Shown here in pieces: positions 9,600-20,732 of a stretch of 34,026 bases of DNA. The notes beneath the pieces were generated by a model. It had not been told where the DNA came from. It saw nothing but the letters and a program-made list of their open reading frames with translations, and did not search any database. A program made the position numbers and the translations under genes. The first letter of the stretch is position 1. The number at the start of each line of letters is the position of its first letter. The stretch is from Thermovirgaceae bacterium. Its GTDB lineage: Bacteria > Synergistota > Synergistia > Synergistales > Thermovirgaceae. The stretch spans positions 1-34,026 of the forward strand of contig JAXGNU010000014.1 in NCBI GenBank assembly GCA_040767805.1, read 5' to 3'.

Positions 9600-9699
9600 T
9601 ATTCGATCCTTTCGGTGTCTCGCCGCCCGGGGGGGCGGTGAATAAGGTAAAATAGCTGCGGCGCCCGTCGGGTGCCGCTATCTTCCCTTTTCGAGGACG

Positions 9700-10374
9700 G
9701 TGCCTGTGACCATGGATAAAAAGGCCGCCTTAACGATCCTGACGGCTCTTATGCTCCTCGCTGCCGCCGCGGCGACCGGGGCCGACCAGATGCAGCTCAC
9801 CTCCGATACCCTTCAATACGACCCCTCGGGGGGCCTCGTTTACGCCTCGGGGCACGTCAAGGTCGTCGGGAGGGGCGCCGAGATAACCTCCGAAGAGGGC
9901 GAGTTCCACCCGACGGGGACGCGCTCCCTGTTCAGGAGGAATGTCCTGGCCCGGTGGGCCGAGGGGCAGCTTACCATGGACTGCGATGAGATGATCGTGG
10001 AGGAAACCTCCAGGGGGCAGAAGGTCATCGCCCGGAAGGTGACCAGGTTCCACGACCCGGTCAGGAAAGTGACGGTGCGCGCCGAGGCGGTGGAAGGGTT
10101 CGTGGTCGGCGGGGCGTTCACCGAGTTCGACGCCAGGGGCGGCGTGGTGGCCGATGCCGTCGCCCCCGACGGTGAACCCACCAGGGTTTCCGGCAGCCGG
10201 TCGCGCTACTCCCGGGACCGCCGGACGCTGGAATTCACCGGCGGAGCCGTGGGGGTACAGAAGAACCGCAGGATCACCGCCGATACCTTCATCATTCACC
10301 TTGAAAGCGGAAAGATCGAAGCCGTTGGGAACCCCCGCATGGAGGTCGACCTCCCTCCCCAGGAGGCCCAATGA
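9700..10374 (+). CDS. LptA/OstA-family periplasmic protein
   Basis: Signal peptide; repeated OstA-like strands (LTSDTLQYD...YASGHVKV; ITADTFIIHL...IEAVGNP); ATGA-coupled to lptB. Start may be 9706 or 9712. Confidence 0.7.
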   Translation: MPVTMDKKAALTILTALMLLAAAAATGADQMQLTSDTLQYDPSGGLVYASGHVKVVGRGAEITSEEGEFHPTGTRSLFRRNVLARWAEGQLTMDCDEMIVEETSRGQKVIARKVTRFHDPVRKVTVRAEAVEGFVVGGAFTEFDARGGVVADAVAPDGEPTRVSGSRSRYSRDRRTLEFTGGAVGVQKNRRITADTFIIHLESGKIEAVGNPRMEVDLPPQEAQ

Positions 10375-11099
10375 GCAACCGCTTCCTCTGGGCGCGTTCG
10401 CTGAGCAAAAGTTACAAGGGGCGCACCGTCGTGTCCTCGGTGGACCTGAAGGTCAGGCAGGGGGAGATCGTGGGGCTTCTCGGACCCAACGGGGCCGGGA
10501 AGACCACCACCTTCTACATGGTGCTGGGCATCGTGAAACCCGACGCCGGGAGGATAATGATCGACAACGACGACCTCACGGGGCTGCCCATGTACATAAG
10601 GACCAGGCGGGGGATAGGCTACCTCCCCCAGGAGGCATCGGTCTTCAGGAGCCTCACCGCCCGGGAGAACATAGAACTGGTTCTCCAGGAAAAGGGGGAG
10701 TCCAGGAGGAACACCGCCCTCCTGGCCTCTGGCCTGATCGAGGAGTTCGGGCTGGGCGAGGTGGAGGACATCCCCGGCTACGCCCTGAGCGGGGGCGAAC
10801 GCCGGAGGGTGGAGATCGCCCGCAGCCTCGCCATGAAGCCTTCCTTCATCCTGCTGGACGAACCCTTCAGCGGGATCGACCCCATCGCCGTCTACGATAT
10901 CCAGCAGATAATACTGGGGCTGAGGACCAAGGGGTACGGCATCCTGCTCACGGACCACAGCGTCAGGGAGACCCTTGCCATAACCGACAGGACCTACCTT
11001 ATCCACCGGGGGCAGATCCTCGTCGAAGGCACCCCCTCGGAGGTCGCCGACAGCGAAGCGGCGAGGAAATTCTACCTGGGGGAAAGGTTTTCGCTGTGA
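10371..11099 (+). CDS. lptB: LPS export ABC transporter ATP-binding protein
   Basis: GPNGAGKTTTFYM, GYLPQEASVF, LSGGERRRVEIAR, LLDEPFSGIDP and LTDHSVRETL motifs. Confidence 0.95.
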   Translation: MSNRFLWARSLSKSYKGRTVVSSVDLKVRQGEIVGLLGPNGAGKTTTFYMVLGIVKPDAGRIMIDNDDLTGLPMYIRTRRGIGYLPQEASVFRSLTARENIELVLQEKGESRRNTALLASGLIEEFGLGEVEDIPGYALSGGERRRVEIARSLAMKPSFILLDEPFSGIDPIAVYDIQQIILGLRTKGYGILLTDHSVRETLAITDRTYLIHRGQILVEGTPSEVADSEAARKFYLGERFSL

Positions 11100-11548
11100 A
11101 GAGGTGGGATCTCGCCCCAGGTTCCGTCGCAGACGGCCTCGGCCACCCTTGTGGCGGCAGCCTCGACGGACGGCGAAAGGCCTTCCCGGAGCCCGGTGAA
11201 GGCGGGTTGTATGGCTATGATCCTTACGCGGGTCACCTCTTCGAAGGGGGCGAGGAGGACCGAAAGGGGGATCCCGTGGGAGGAGAGGGCCGACCCTTCC
11301 ACGTCCTGGAGCCTGAGAAGGCGCGTCTCCCCCGGTTCGCCGCCGCAATCGGCCGCGTCGATGATGATGAGGCTCTCCGGGGGGGTCTCCCTGAGAGGGG
11401 CCAGGTGGTTCTCGGGGAGAACGCCGCAGAGGAAGACCCGTACCCACGGCAGCGCCCGGGCCTTGACCATCTCGGCGGCCCGGATGCCGACGGCGTCGTC
11501 TCCCATGAGTTCATTCCCCATGCCCCATACGAAGGTGAGCCCTTCCAT
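11072..11548 (-). CDS. Hydrogenase maturation protease (HycI-like)
   Basis: GMGNELMGDDAVG, CGVLPEN, IIIDAAD and SSHGIPL motifs. Confidence 0.88.
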   Translation of the reverse strand: MEGLTFVWGMGNELMGDDAVGIRAAEMVKARALPWVRVFLCGVLPENHLAPLRETPPESLIIIDAADCGGEPGETRLLRLQDVEGSALSSHGIPLSVLLAPFEEVTRVRIIAIQPAFTGLREGLSPSVEAAATRVAEAVCDGTWGEIPPLHSENLSPR

Positions 11549-13136
11549 GAACCTTCACCCTTTCGCGCGTCCCGCGCGCCGAAGGCTGGTGTCCTGACAT
11601 GAGTTCCCCCGGTTCCAGGATGGTCCGTCACTCCCTCAGGATGATGGCCGGGACCTTCCTGAGCCGAGTCCTGGGCCTCGCCAGGGAGGTCCTGACGGCG
11701 GCCCTCTTCGGGGCGACACGTCAACTGGACGCCTTCCTAGTGGCCTACACGCTGGCGAACCTCTCCAGGAGGCTGCTGGCCGAAGGGGCCCTCTCGGCCG
11801 CCTTTGTGCCCGAGTTCTCCAGGACCCTCGCGAAGGACGGCCCCGCTTCCGCCCGTTCCCTGGCCAGGCAGATCCTCTCGGTGCTTCTCGCCGCCACCAT
11901 CCTCGTGACCGTCGCCGGCATGATAGCGGCCCCCGTCCTGGTGAGGGTCATGGCGCCGGGCTTCGACGCCGAGGGGACCCGGGCGGCCGTGTCGCTGACG
12001 CGCCTCATGTTCCCCTTCCTGGTCTTCATCTCCGTCGCGGCCCTCGCCATGGGGGTACTGAACAGCCTGGACTGCTTTTTCGTCCCGGCGATAGCCCCCG
12101 CCCTTAGCAACGGTGTCTTCATTGTTTTCCTGGCGATTGTAACACTCCGGTGGGGGGTCTGGGGCCTCGGCTACGCGGTATTGTTGGGCGGGGTGACCCA
12201 GATGGTCCTCCAGTGGACCTGGTCGGCAAAAAAGGGGGTCCTCCTGGTCCCGGCCATGCCGAGAAGGGACAACGAGGCCCTCACCCGGGCGATGAGGCTC
12301 TTCCTCCCGTACGCCGCGGGGCTCTCGCTGAACCAGCTCATACCCCTCATCAGCCGCATGCTGGGGTCATTCCTGGAGGAAGGGGCCATTTCGGTCCTGA
12401 ACTATGCCGACAGGGTGCTCCAGCTGCCCTTGGGCCTTTTCGTCATTGCCATATCCCAAGCCATACTACCCCAATTGTCACGGCAGCTCCTGGCGGGTGA
12501 GGAGGATTTCTCAAGGGGCGTGAGTGAAGCCTTGAGGTACGGCCTCTTCATCGTCCTTCCCGTGGCCCTGGGGATGGTCCTCTTCTCCGGGGAGATCATC
12601 CACCTGCTCTTCGTCCGGGCGGCCTTCGGCGAATGGGCGTGGAGGGGGACGGCAGGAGCCCTCACCATGTACTCTCTCGGCCTACCCGGTATGGCCTGTT
12701 CGACGATACTCCTCAGGGCGCTCTACGCCCGGGGCCTTCCGAGGGAGGCCATGATGGTGACCTCCTTCAGCGTGGCCGCCAACGTGGTGTTCAGCCTCCT
12801 CCTGATCAAGCCCATGGGTATAAACGGTCTAGCCCTGGCTTCATCGCTGGCCTTTTCGGGTACGGCGCTCCTGACCTGGAGGTTGCTCCCGGGACAAAAA
12901 AGCGCGGAGAGCCTCTTCCAGCGGGACTGGGCCATCCCGCTGGCGTTGGGGTTGGGCCTGATGGGGATCCTGCTGGTTTGCTTGAAAATACTGTTCCCTT
13001 ATCCTCTTTACGGGAGTATCCTTTCGAAGAGTTCCTGGATGGTCCTGCCCCTGCTGCTGGGCGCCGGAACTTACGCCCTGGCCACCTGGAAGGCCGGGAG
13101 CCCGGAGTGGGCCTGGATCGTGGAGGCTTTTAAGGG

Positions 13137-13346
<210 letters not shown>

Positions 13347-13347
13347 A

Positions 13348-13731
13348 ATGATCAAGGGGGATTATTCCGATTTGTCCACAAGTATGAGACCTCATTGTAA
13401 TCTTGATGTATGGAATCAGGCTATGGAACTGGCTAAGGATATTTACAAAGCCACAAAGGGTTTCCCCTCGGAGGAACGCTATGGGTTGACCGGACAGCTG
13501 AGACGATGTGCGGTCTCAATTCCAAGCAACATAGCAGAAGGCGCATGCAGGGGTTCTCGGAAGGATTTTCTTAGGTTCCTGATGATAGCTAGGGGTTCAC
13601 TGGGAGAACTGGAAACCCAGTGCCGCCTGGCCGCCGATCTGGGATATTTGCAAAACGGAAATCCTATTTATGAAAAAGCCGACAGGATTTTCCAAATGCT
13701 TTGTGGGTTGATTCGGTCACTGAGAGATTAA
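13348..13731 (+). CDS. Four-helix bundle protein (23S rRNA intervening-sequence protein / bAvd-like family)
   Basis: Signature LDVWNQAMEL...IY..T..FP.EE.YGLTGQLRRCAVSIPSNIAEG..R.S..DF.RFL.IARGSLGELETQ...A..LGY. True start may be TTG 13372 or ATG 13384. Confidence 0.92.
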   Translation: MIKGDYSDLSTSMRPHCNLDVWNQAMELAKDIYKATKGFPSEERYGLTGQLRRCAVSIPSNIAEGACRGSRKDFLRFLMIARGSLGELETQCRLAADLGYLQNGNPIYEKADRIFQMLCGLIRSLRD

Positions 13732-13838
13732 GGGGGAACAGTATCGGGGATTACCCCGATAATCTCCTCGTTAACAGCGAGCTGATTCCCGGCTTTTGCC
13801 TTTTTCATTGTTCCTTGGGCATTGTCTTTTTCGACCCC

Positions 13839-14000
13839 CGATTCACGGTTTACGGTTTTTTTCGATTCACGATTTACGATTCACGGCTTTTGGTTTCCTG
13901 TTTATGCCTTTTGTCTTTGCCTTGGGTTTACGATTTCCGATTTTGGTTTTTTCGATTAACGATTAACGGTTTACGATTCACGGATTTTCCGATTTACGGA
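13839..14000 (+). repeat. Right degenerate 7-bp repeat array (TTCACGA/TTTACGA/TTTCCGA units), reverse complement of the left array
   Basis: Repeated gattcac/gatttac/ggtttac units; 13863-13891 is the exact reverse complement of 13183-13211. Confidence 0.93.
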
Positions 14001-14026
14001 TTTTACTTCAAGGGAGGTTGTGACCT

Positions 14027-14554
14027 TTGAGGAAGCCTATATTGTTTTTGGCGGCGATGATCCTGCTGGTGTCCGCGGCGGCGGCCTTTTCAGCCGACCT
14101 GGAGGCGCTGGTGAAGGAACGGAGCGTCACCCTCTACCCGGAGGGTCAACTCCTGGGCGACCTCGTGATCGGGGCGAGGGGCAAGATACTCTTCGTCTAC
14201 GTGGACAAGGCCCTGGCCCACGCCGTACGGGGCACCGAAATGCCCCCCGAGTGGCTTTCCTGGCATACCCGCTACTGGGGGACCGACCAGGCCAAGGGTA
14301 AAGCCCTCTTCATCATCCGCTACGAGGCCAACAAGCCCTGGACCTTCCACCCGGTCGATATTTCCATCGGGGGAAGGCACCTGGAACGGAGCGATATCCT
14401 GACCGACAAGGCTTTCATCGCTGAGGGGGATCTTCCCTCCGGGGCGGAGGGCATCCTTTCGGTCGCCGTCCCCCTGGAGAACGCCGCCCCCGGAAAAACC
14501 ACGACCTTGGCCTACCTGGAGGATTCCACCGAATGGATTGTGCCGGCGAAGTGA
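14027..14554 (+). CDS. Hypothetical exported protein
   Basis: TTG start after the AGGGAGG RBS (14011-14017); signal peptide MRKPILFLAAMILLVSAAAAFS. Confidence 0.85.
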   Translation: MRKPILFLAAMILLVSAAAAFSADLEALVKERSVTLYPEGQLLGDLVIGARGKILFVYVDKALAHAVRGTEMPPEWLSWHTRYWGTDQAKGKALFIIRYEANKPWTFHPVDISIGGRHLERSDILTDKAFIAEGDLPSGAEGILSVAVPLENAAPGKTTTLAYLEDSTEWIVPAK

Positions 14555-14733
14555 GCGAAGAACACCTTTTCCGGTGCGCCTCCTGCGGCGAGCGGTTCAC
14601 GAGCGTGTGCCGCCCCTCCCGCTGTCCGAGCTGCGGCGCCAAGGCCTTCATCCACGAGGCGGGGCCGCCCCTCGGCAAGGGGTCGAAAGGCTGTTCCGGT
14701 TCCTGCCGGGGGTGTACCGGTTGCCGGCATTGA
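14551..14733 (+). CDS. Small Cys-rich zinc-ribbon protein (FmdB-like)
   Basis: GTGA overlap at the start and TTGA overlap at the end; FRCASCGERF...CPSCG plus C-terminal CSGSCRGCTGC. Confidence 0.75.
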   Translation: MSEEHLFRCASCGERFTSVCRPSRCPSCGAKAFIHEAGPPLGKGSKGCSGSCRGCTGCRH

Positions 14734-15779
14734 GCCCCCCCGCATGTGGCCCGGTCGTACTGGGCATCGAGACGAGTTGCGACGACACGGGGGTCGCGGT
14801 CCTGGGTTTTGACGGCCGGGTAAGGTCCTCCTTACTCTCAAGCCAGGCGAAGGACCACGCCCTTTTCGGGGGGGTGGTGCCGGAACTCGCCTCGAGGAAG
14901 CACCAAGAGGCCATCATCCCCCTTTTGAGGGCCGCCCTCGCTGAAGCTGGGGTGGAGGACCCCTCGAGCCGGGTGGGGCTCGTGGCCGTCACCGCGGGGC
15001 CGGGGCTCATGGGGTCGCTGATAGTCGGCTTCATGACTGCCAGGGGTCTTTCCCAGGCCTGGGATTGCCCGCTGGTGGGGGTCAACCACCTGGAAGGCCA
15101 CATATTCGCGAACCGTATAGCCCATGAGGGGCTGGAAACGCCCTTCCTCTGCCTGATCGTCTCCGGTGGGCACACCGAAGTGATCCTGGTGGAAGGGTGG
15201 GGCGATTACACCCTCCTGGGGAGGACCAGGGACGACGCCGCGGGAGAGTGCTACGACAAGGTGGCCAAGTTGCTGGGGCTGCCCTACCCGGGCGGCCCCG
15301 AAGTGGACCGGCTCGCCGCCTCGGGCGACCCCGATTCCTTCGATCTCCCCGTGCCCCTGGGCGCCACCGGACGGGTGGAGTTCAGCTTCAGCGGCTTGAA
15401 GACCGCCGTGCTGTGGACCGTCAACAGGATAAAAAGCGAGGGCCGGAGCCTTCCCCTGGCCGATATCTGCGCTTCCTTCCAGAAGGCCGCCGTGGAGGCG
15501 CTCCTGGGGAAGATGGTCCTCGCGTCGAGGCTGACCGGCGTCGGGAGGGTCTGTCTTTCCGGAGGGGTTTCGGCCAACTCGGCCCTCAGGAAGGCCTTCA
15601 GGGACCGCTTCGGGGACAACGCTTTCATCCCGCCCCTGGAACTTTGCACCGATAACGCCTCGATGATAGCCGCCGCAGGGCTTTTCAACTTTCTCCGGTC
15701 AGGCCCGTCGGGACCCGGTCTCTCGCCGGACCCCTCGGCTTCTCTGACCGATAAGGTCATGGAAAGAGAAGCAAAATAG
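14730..15779 (+). CDS. tsaD: tRNA N6-adenosine threonylcarbamoyltransferase
   Basis: LGIETSCDDT, GGVVPELASRKH, VNHLEGH, SGGHT, DDAAGECYDK, FSFSGLKT and CTDNASMIA motifs; TTG start at 14730. Confidence 0.95.
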   Translation: MSPPACGPVVLGIETSCDDTGVAVLGFDGRVRSSLLSSQAKDHALFGGVVPELASRKHQEAIIPLLRAALAEAGVEDPSSRVGLVAVTAGPGLMGSLIVGFMTARGLSQAWDCPLVGVNHLEGHIFANRIAHEGLETPFLCLIVSGGHTEVILVEGWGDYTLLGRTRDDAAGECYDKVAKLLGLPYPGGPEVDRLAASGDPDSFDLPVPLGATGRVEFSFSGLKTAVLWTVNRIKSEGRSLPLADICASFQKAAVEALLGKMVLASRLTGVGRVCLSGGVSANSALRKAFRDRFGDNAFIPPLELCTDNASMIAAAGLFNFLRSGPSGPGLSPDPSASLTDKVMEREAK

Positions 15780-15841
15780 AAGAAAATAAAGAAATCCATC
15801 CTTTTCCAAGGTTATTTTCCCCGGAATGATGGTCAAACCCC

Positions 15842-15870
15842 TTGAGATTGAAAGCCCAGCCTATTAATAT
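15842..15870 (+). promoter_or_regulatory. Putative sigma70 promoter of groESL
   Basis: TTGAGA-17 nt-TAATAT just upstream of the CIRCE element. Confidence 0.5.
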
Positions 15871-15883
15871 CATTCGCGGTCAT

Positions 15884-15910
15884 TTAGCACTCGATGCTGT
15901 TGAGTGCTAA
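15884..15910. promoter_or_regulatory. CIRCE element (HrcA operator)
   Basis: Perfect TTAGCACTC-N9-GAGTGCTAA upstream of groES. Confidence 0.97.
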
Positions 15911-15948
15911 CATTTTTTCAACACATGTCCGCAGGGAGGGGTAAAGAA

Positions 15949-16239
15949 ATGAAGTTGAAGCCGCTCGGTGACAGGATAGTCGTGAAGGTCCTCACCCAGG
16001 AGGAGAAGACAAGGGGAGGCATCGTGATCCCCGACACCGCCAAGGAGAAACCCCAGGAGGGGGAAGTTCTGGCCATCGGCTCCGGGAGGGTCCTGGAGAA
16101 CGGGCAAAAACTGCCGCTCGAGGTCAAAAAGGGCGACAAGATCCTTTTCAGCAAGTACGGCGGCACCGAAGTCAAGATCGAAGGCGAGGAGCTGCTCATC
16201 CTCAGCGAGCGCGACGTCCTTGCCATCCTTGAGAAGTAG
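15949..16239 (+). CDS. groES: Co-chaperonin GroES
   Basis: [12 protein letters not shown]...[16 protein letters not shown]...[20 protein letters not shown]. Confidence 0.98.
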   Translation: MKLKPLGDRIVVKVLTQEEKTRGGIVIPDTAKEKPQEGEVLAIGSGRVLENGQKLPLEVKKGDKILFSKYGGTEVKIEGEELLILSERDVLAILEK

Positions 16240-17916
<1,677 letters not shown>

Positions 17917-17935
17917 TCGACCCTTTAGTACAGGC

Positions 17936-17960
17936 AGGGCCCCCGCGGGGGCCCTTTTTT
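17936..17960 (+). terminator. Intrinsic terminator of groESL
   Basis: AGGGCCCCC-GC-GGGGGCCCT followed by a T run. Confidence 0.85.
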
Positions 17961-18007
17961 CATTGTGAGCGCCCCGTCCCGGTTCTGATAAACTGGTGTC
18001 GTGAGGG

Positions 18008-19567
18008 GTGATTTTTTTGAGTCCAGGAGCAAGAGAGTCCATCGTCATCATCGATTGCGGCTTTCAACAGGCCCAGCTGATCGCCAGGAGGGTCAGGGAA
18101 AAGGGAGTCTTCAGCGAGGTGGTCCCCTGGAGCGCCGGTTACGAAGCTTTCATGGCCGGGGACCCTTCGGGCCTGATCATCATCGGTGGCCCCGGGACGG
18201 TCCTCGAAGAGGACTCGCCCACGGTCCCCGTGGAACTGCTCGACGGGAAGGTCCCGGTCCTGGGCATCTGCTACGGTATGCCGTTGATCGCGAGTCTCCT
18301 GGGCGGCGAGGTCACAAGGGGTGAACCCGTCGGGTTCGGAAGGGTCAGGATCCTTTTTGAAGGCGCCGGAGGCACCCTCCTGGAGGGGTTCCCCGCCGAA
18401 ACGGAGGTCTGGATGAGCCGATGGGACCGCGTCCTGTCGCCGCCGCCGGGGTTCACCGTCACCGCCAGGGGCGAGTCCGGCACGGTAGCGGCTTTTGAAA
18501 GCCCCGGCTCCAGGGTTTCGGCCGTGGCCTTCCTCCCGGAGGCGCCCCAGTGTCCGGGCGGTGCCGATATCCTCTCCAACTTCCTTTTCGGTGTCTGCCG
18601 GTGCCGGAAGGCCTGGGACCTCGGGGAGTGGGTCGATACAGCCGTGGAAGAGGTGAAGAGAACCGTCGGCGACGGCCGTGTCGTCTGCGGGCTCTCCGGC
18701 GGCGTCGATTCGACCGTGGCCGCCGTCCTCGCCTCGAAAGCCGTCGGCGACCGCCTGGGATGCATCTTCGTCAACAGCGGCCTCCTCCGGCTGGGCGAGG
18801 CCGAGCAGGTCCTGGAGACCTACCGGGGATCCCTGGGGCTAAGGGTGCATTACGTGGACGCCTCCGAAGATTTTCTCTCGGCCCTGAAGGGTGTGACCGA
18901 CCCCGAGGCCAAACGCAAGGCCATCGGCGAGACCTTTATCAGGGTCTTCGAGCGCAAGGCCCGGGAGATAGGGGGGGCCTCCTGGCTCCTGCAGGGCACG
19001 ATCTACCCCGATGTAATAGAGAGCGGCCCCCGCGGTAAGGGCACGGCGGCCGTCAAGAGCCACCACAACGTGGGCGGGCTCCCCCGGGAGATGGACTTTC
19101 AGCTCCTCGAGCCCCTCAGGGACCTCTTCAAGGACGAGGTCCGCAGGATAGGCGCTCTCCTCGGCGTCCCGGAGAGGATCCTGGGGCGGCACCCCTTTCC
19201 CGGGCCAGGCCTCGCCGTCCGCTGCCTCGGTGAGGTGACCCGCGAGAGGCTCGACATCCTGAGGAAGGCCGACGCCCTCTTCGTCGCCGAGATAAGGAAA
19301 GAGGGGCTTTATGATAAGATGTGGCAAGCCTTCTGCGTGCTCCTCCCCGTGAGGAGCGTCGGCGTCACGAACGACGCCAGGACCTACGCGGAGGTCGTGG
19401 TGTTGAGGGCCGTGGAATCGCCCGACGGCATGACTGCCGACTGGGTTAAACTGCCGCCCGACCTCCTCGACAGGGTCTCCAGGAGTATCTGTAGCGAAGT
19501 GGACGGCATCAACAGGGTTGTCTTCGACGTAACCGGGAAACCCCCGGCGACGATAGAATGGGAATAG
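18008..19567 (+). CDS. guaA: GMP synthase with a degenerate glutamine amidotransferase domain
   Basis: Synthetase motifs intact (LSGGVDS, KSHHNVGGLP, LFKDEVR, RHPFPGPGLA, KPPATIEWE); GATase motifs altered (see findings). Confidence 0.93.
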   Translation: MIFLSPGARESIVIIDCGFQQAQLIARRVREKGVFSEVVPWSAGYEAFMAGDPSGLIIIGGPGTVLEEDSPTVPVELLDGKVPVLGICYGMPLIASLLGGEVTRGEPVGFGRVRILFEGAGGTLLEGFPAETEVWMSRWDRVLSPPPGFTVTARGESGTVAAFESPGSRVSAVAFLPEAPQCPGGADILSNFLFGVCRCRKAWDLGEWVDTAVEEVKRTVGDGRVVCGLSGGVDSTVAAVLASKAVGDRLGCIFVNSGLLRLGEAEQVLETYRGSLGLRVHYVDASEDFLSALKGVTDPEAKRKAIGETFIRVFERKAREIGGASWLLQGTIYPDVIESGPRGKGTAAVKSHHNVGGLPREMDFQLLEPLRDLFKDEVRRIGALLGVPERILGRHPFPGPGLAVRCLGEVTRERLDILRKADALFVAEIRKEGLYDKMWQAFCVLLPVRSVGVTNDARTYAEVVVLRAVESPDGMTADWVKLPPDLLDRVSRSICSEVDGINRVVFDVTGKPPATIEWE

Positions 19568-19610
19568 CCCGTCACCGGGCCCGGGGTAAAAAGGGGGGTG
19601 CCAAAGGGAC

Positions 19611-20705
19611 TTGGGTAACGGGGTGAAAACGAAACCCCAGGGGCAATGGGGGGCCTACCTGCCCTTCATAGTGGTCTTCGCCATGCTCTCCATCCTCTCC
19701 TATACGGTATCCACCCCCCTCCTGCGGCCCCTCGCCTGGTCGTCGCTACTCTCGTACTTCGCCTACCCCCTTTACCTGCTGATCTACAGGAGGGCCTTCT
19801 CCGGCCGGTGGTCGAACCTGGCGGCGGGGATAACCACGGCGGCCATCCTCATCGTGCTGGTGGTCCCCGCCGGCCTCATGGGCACGCTGATCGCCAGGGA
19901 AGGTATCAGGCTTTACGGCAGGGTGGCCGACCTCATGCAGCAGTTCGAGGGGGTCGAGATGCCCACGCTGCTCGAACTCCTTCCCCATTGGCTCTCGTCG
20001 AGGCTCACGCCCTACATGGAGCACTTCGAGTACCTTGGCGATACTTTCCGTCAGGCCGGGAGGTGGTTCGCTTCTTACGTCGCCTCCGTCTCCCGGGGCT
20101 TCCTCAGCAACGCCTTCAGGACGTTTTACCAGCTGATCGTGATCGCCGTGGCGTCCTTCTTCATGCTCAGGGACGGCCACAAGATCCTCGACTATGTAAG
20201 GGAGATACTGCCCCTATCGCTGAGCGAACGGGAGGAGATATTCGGCAAGGCCGAACAGATCCTCCAGTCGGTGGTCTACGGGATAACCTTTACCGCCGGC
20301 ATCCAGGCCTTCCTGGGCGGGTTCGGGTGGTGGTGGGTCGGGCTTCCCAGCCCCCTCCTTTTCGCGGGGGCCATGTTCATCCTGGCCATAATCCCCTTCG
20401 TGGGCACGCCCCTGGTGCTCCTCCCCGGGGCCGCCTACCTCTTTGCCGACGGGAGGACAGGAGCGGCCATTTTCCTGGCCGTATGGGCTCTCCTGGTGGT
20501 GAGCACCATAGACAACTTCATTAGGCCCCTGTTCATCTCCGAGGGTAGCAAGGTCCACATCCTGATAATCTTCACCGGCGTTGTCGGCGGTCTGGCCACC
20601 TGGGGTTTCCTGGGGATCTTCATCGGGCCCCTGATCCTTTCAATGTTCTTTTTCTTCCTGGACAGTTACAGGAGGATCTGGCAGCGCATGCGCCAAGAGA
20701 ATTGA
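19611..20705 (+). CDS. AI-2E family (PerM-like) transporter
   Basis: Polytopic membrane protein with FFMLRDG, IPFVGT, IDNFIRP and GFLGIFIGP motifs. Confidence 0.88.
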   Translation: MGNGVKTKPQGQWGAYLPFIVVFAMLSILSYTVSTPLLRPLAWSSLLSYFAYPLYLLIYRRAFSGRWSNLAAGITTAAILIVLVVPAGLMGTLIAREGIRLYGRVADLMQQFEGVEMPTLLELLPHWLSSRLTPYMEHFEYLGDTFRQAGRWFASYVASVSRGFLSNAFRTFYQLIVIAVASFFMLRDGHKILDYVREILPLSLSEREEIFGKAEQILQSVVYGITFTAGIQAFLGGFGWWWVGLPSPLLFAGAMFILAIIPFVGTPLVLLPGAAYLFADGRTGAAIFLAVWALLVVSTIDNFIRPLFISEGSKVHILIIFTGVVGGLATWGFLGIFIGPLILSMFFFFLDSYRRIWQRMRQEN

Positions 20706-20732
20706 GATCAAGTTGACGGGAGGTGACGCGCC

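Noticed and set aside
9589..9680. Structured ncRNA between asd and the lptA-like gene
   Set aside because: Only two short GC hairpins and a 10-bp direct repeat (CCTTTCGGTG); compatible with ordinary terminator/promoter sequence, with no recognisable RNA family.
13348..13731. Diversity-generating retroelement (Avd-like gene)
   Set aside because: No reverse transcriptase and no TR/VR pair with adenine-specific mismatches in the window.
13701..14030. 109-aa Phe-rich + strand ORF across the right array
   Set aside because: Low-complexity translation of the repeats with no RBS; its last codons are better explained as the displaced ancestral murJ end. Translation cannot be fully excluded.
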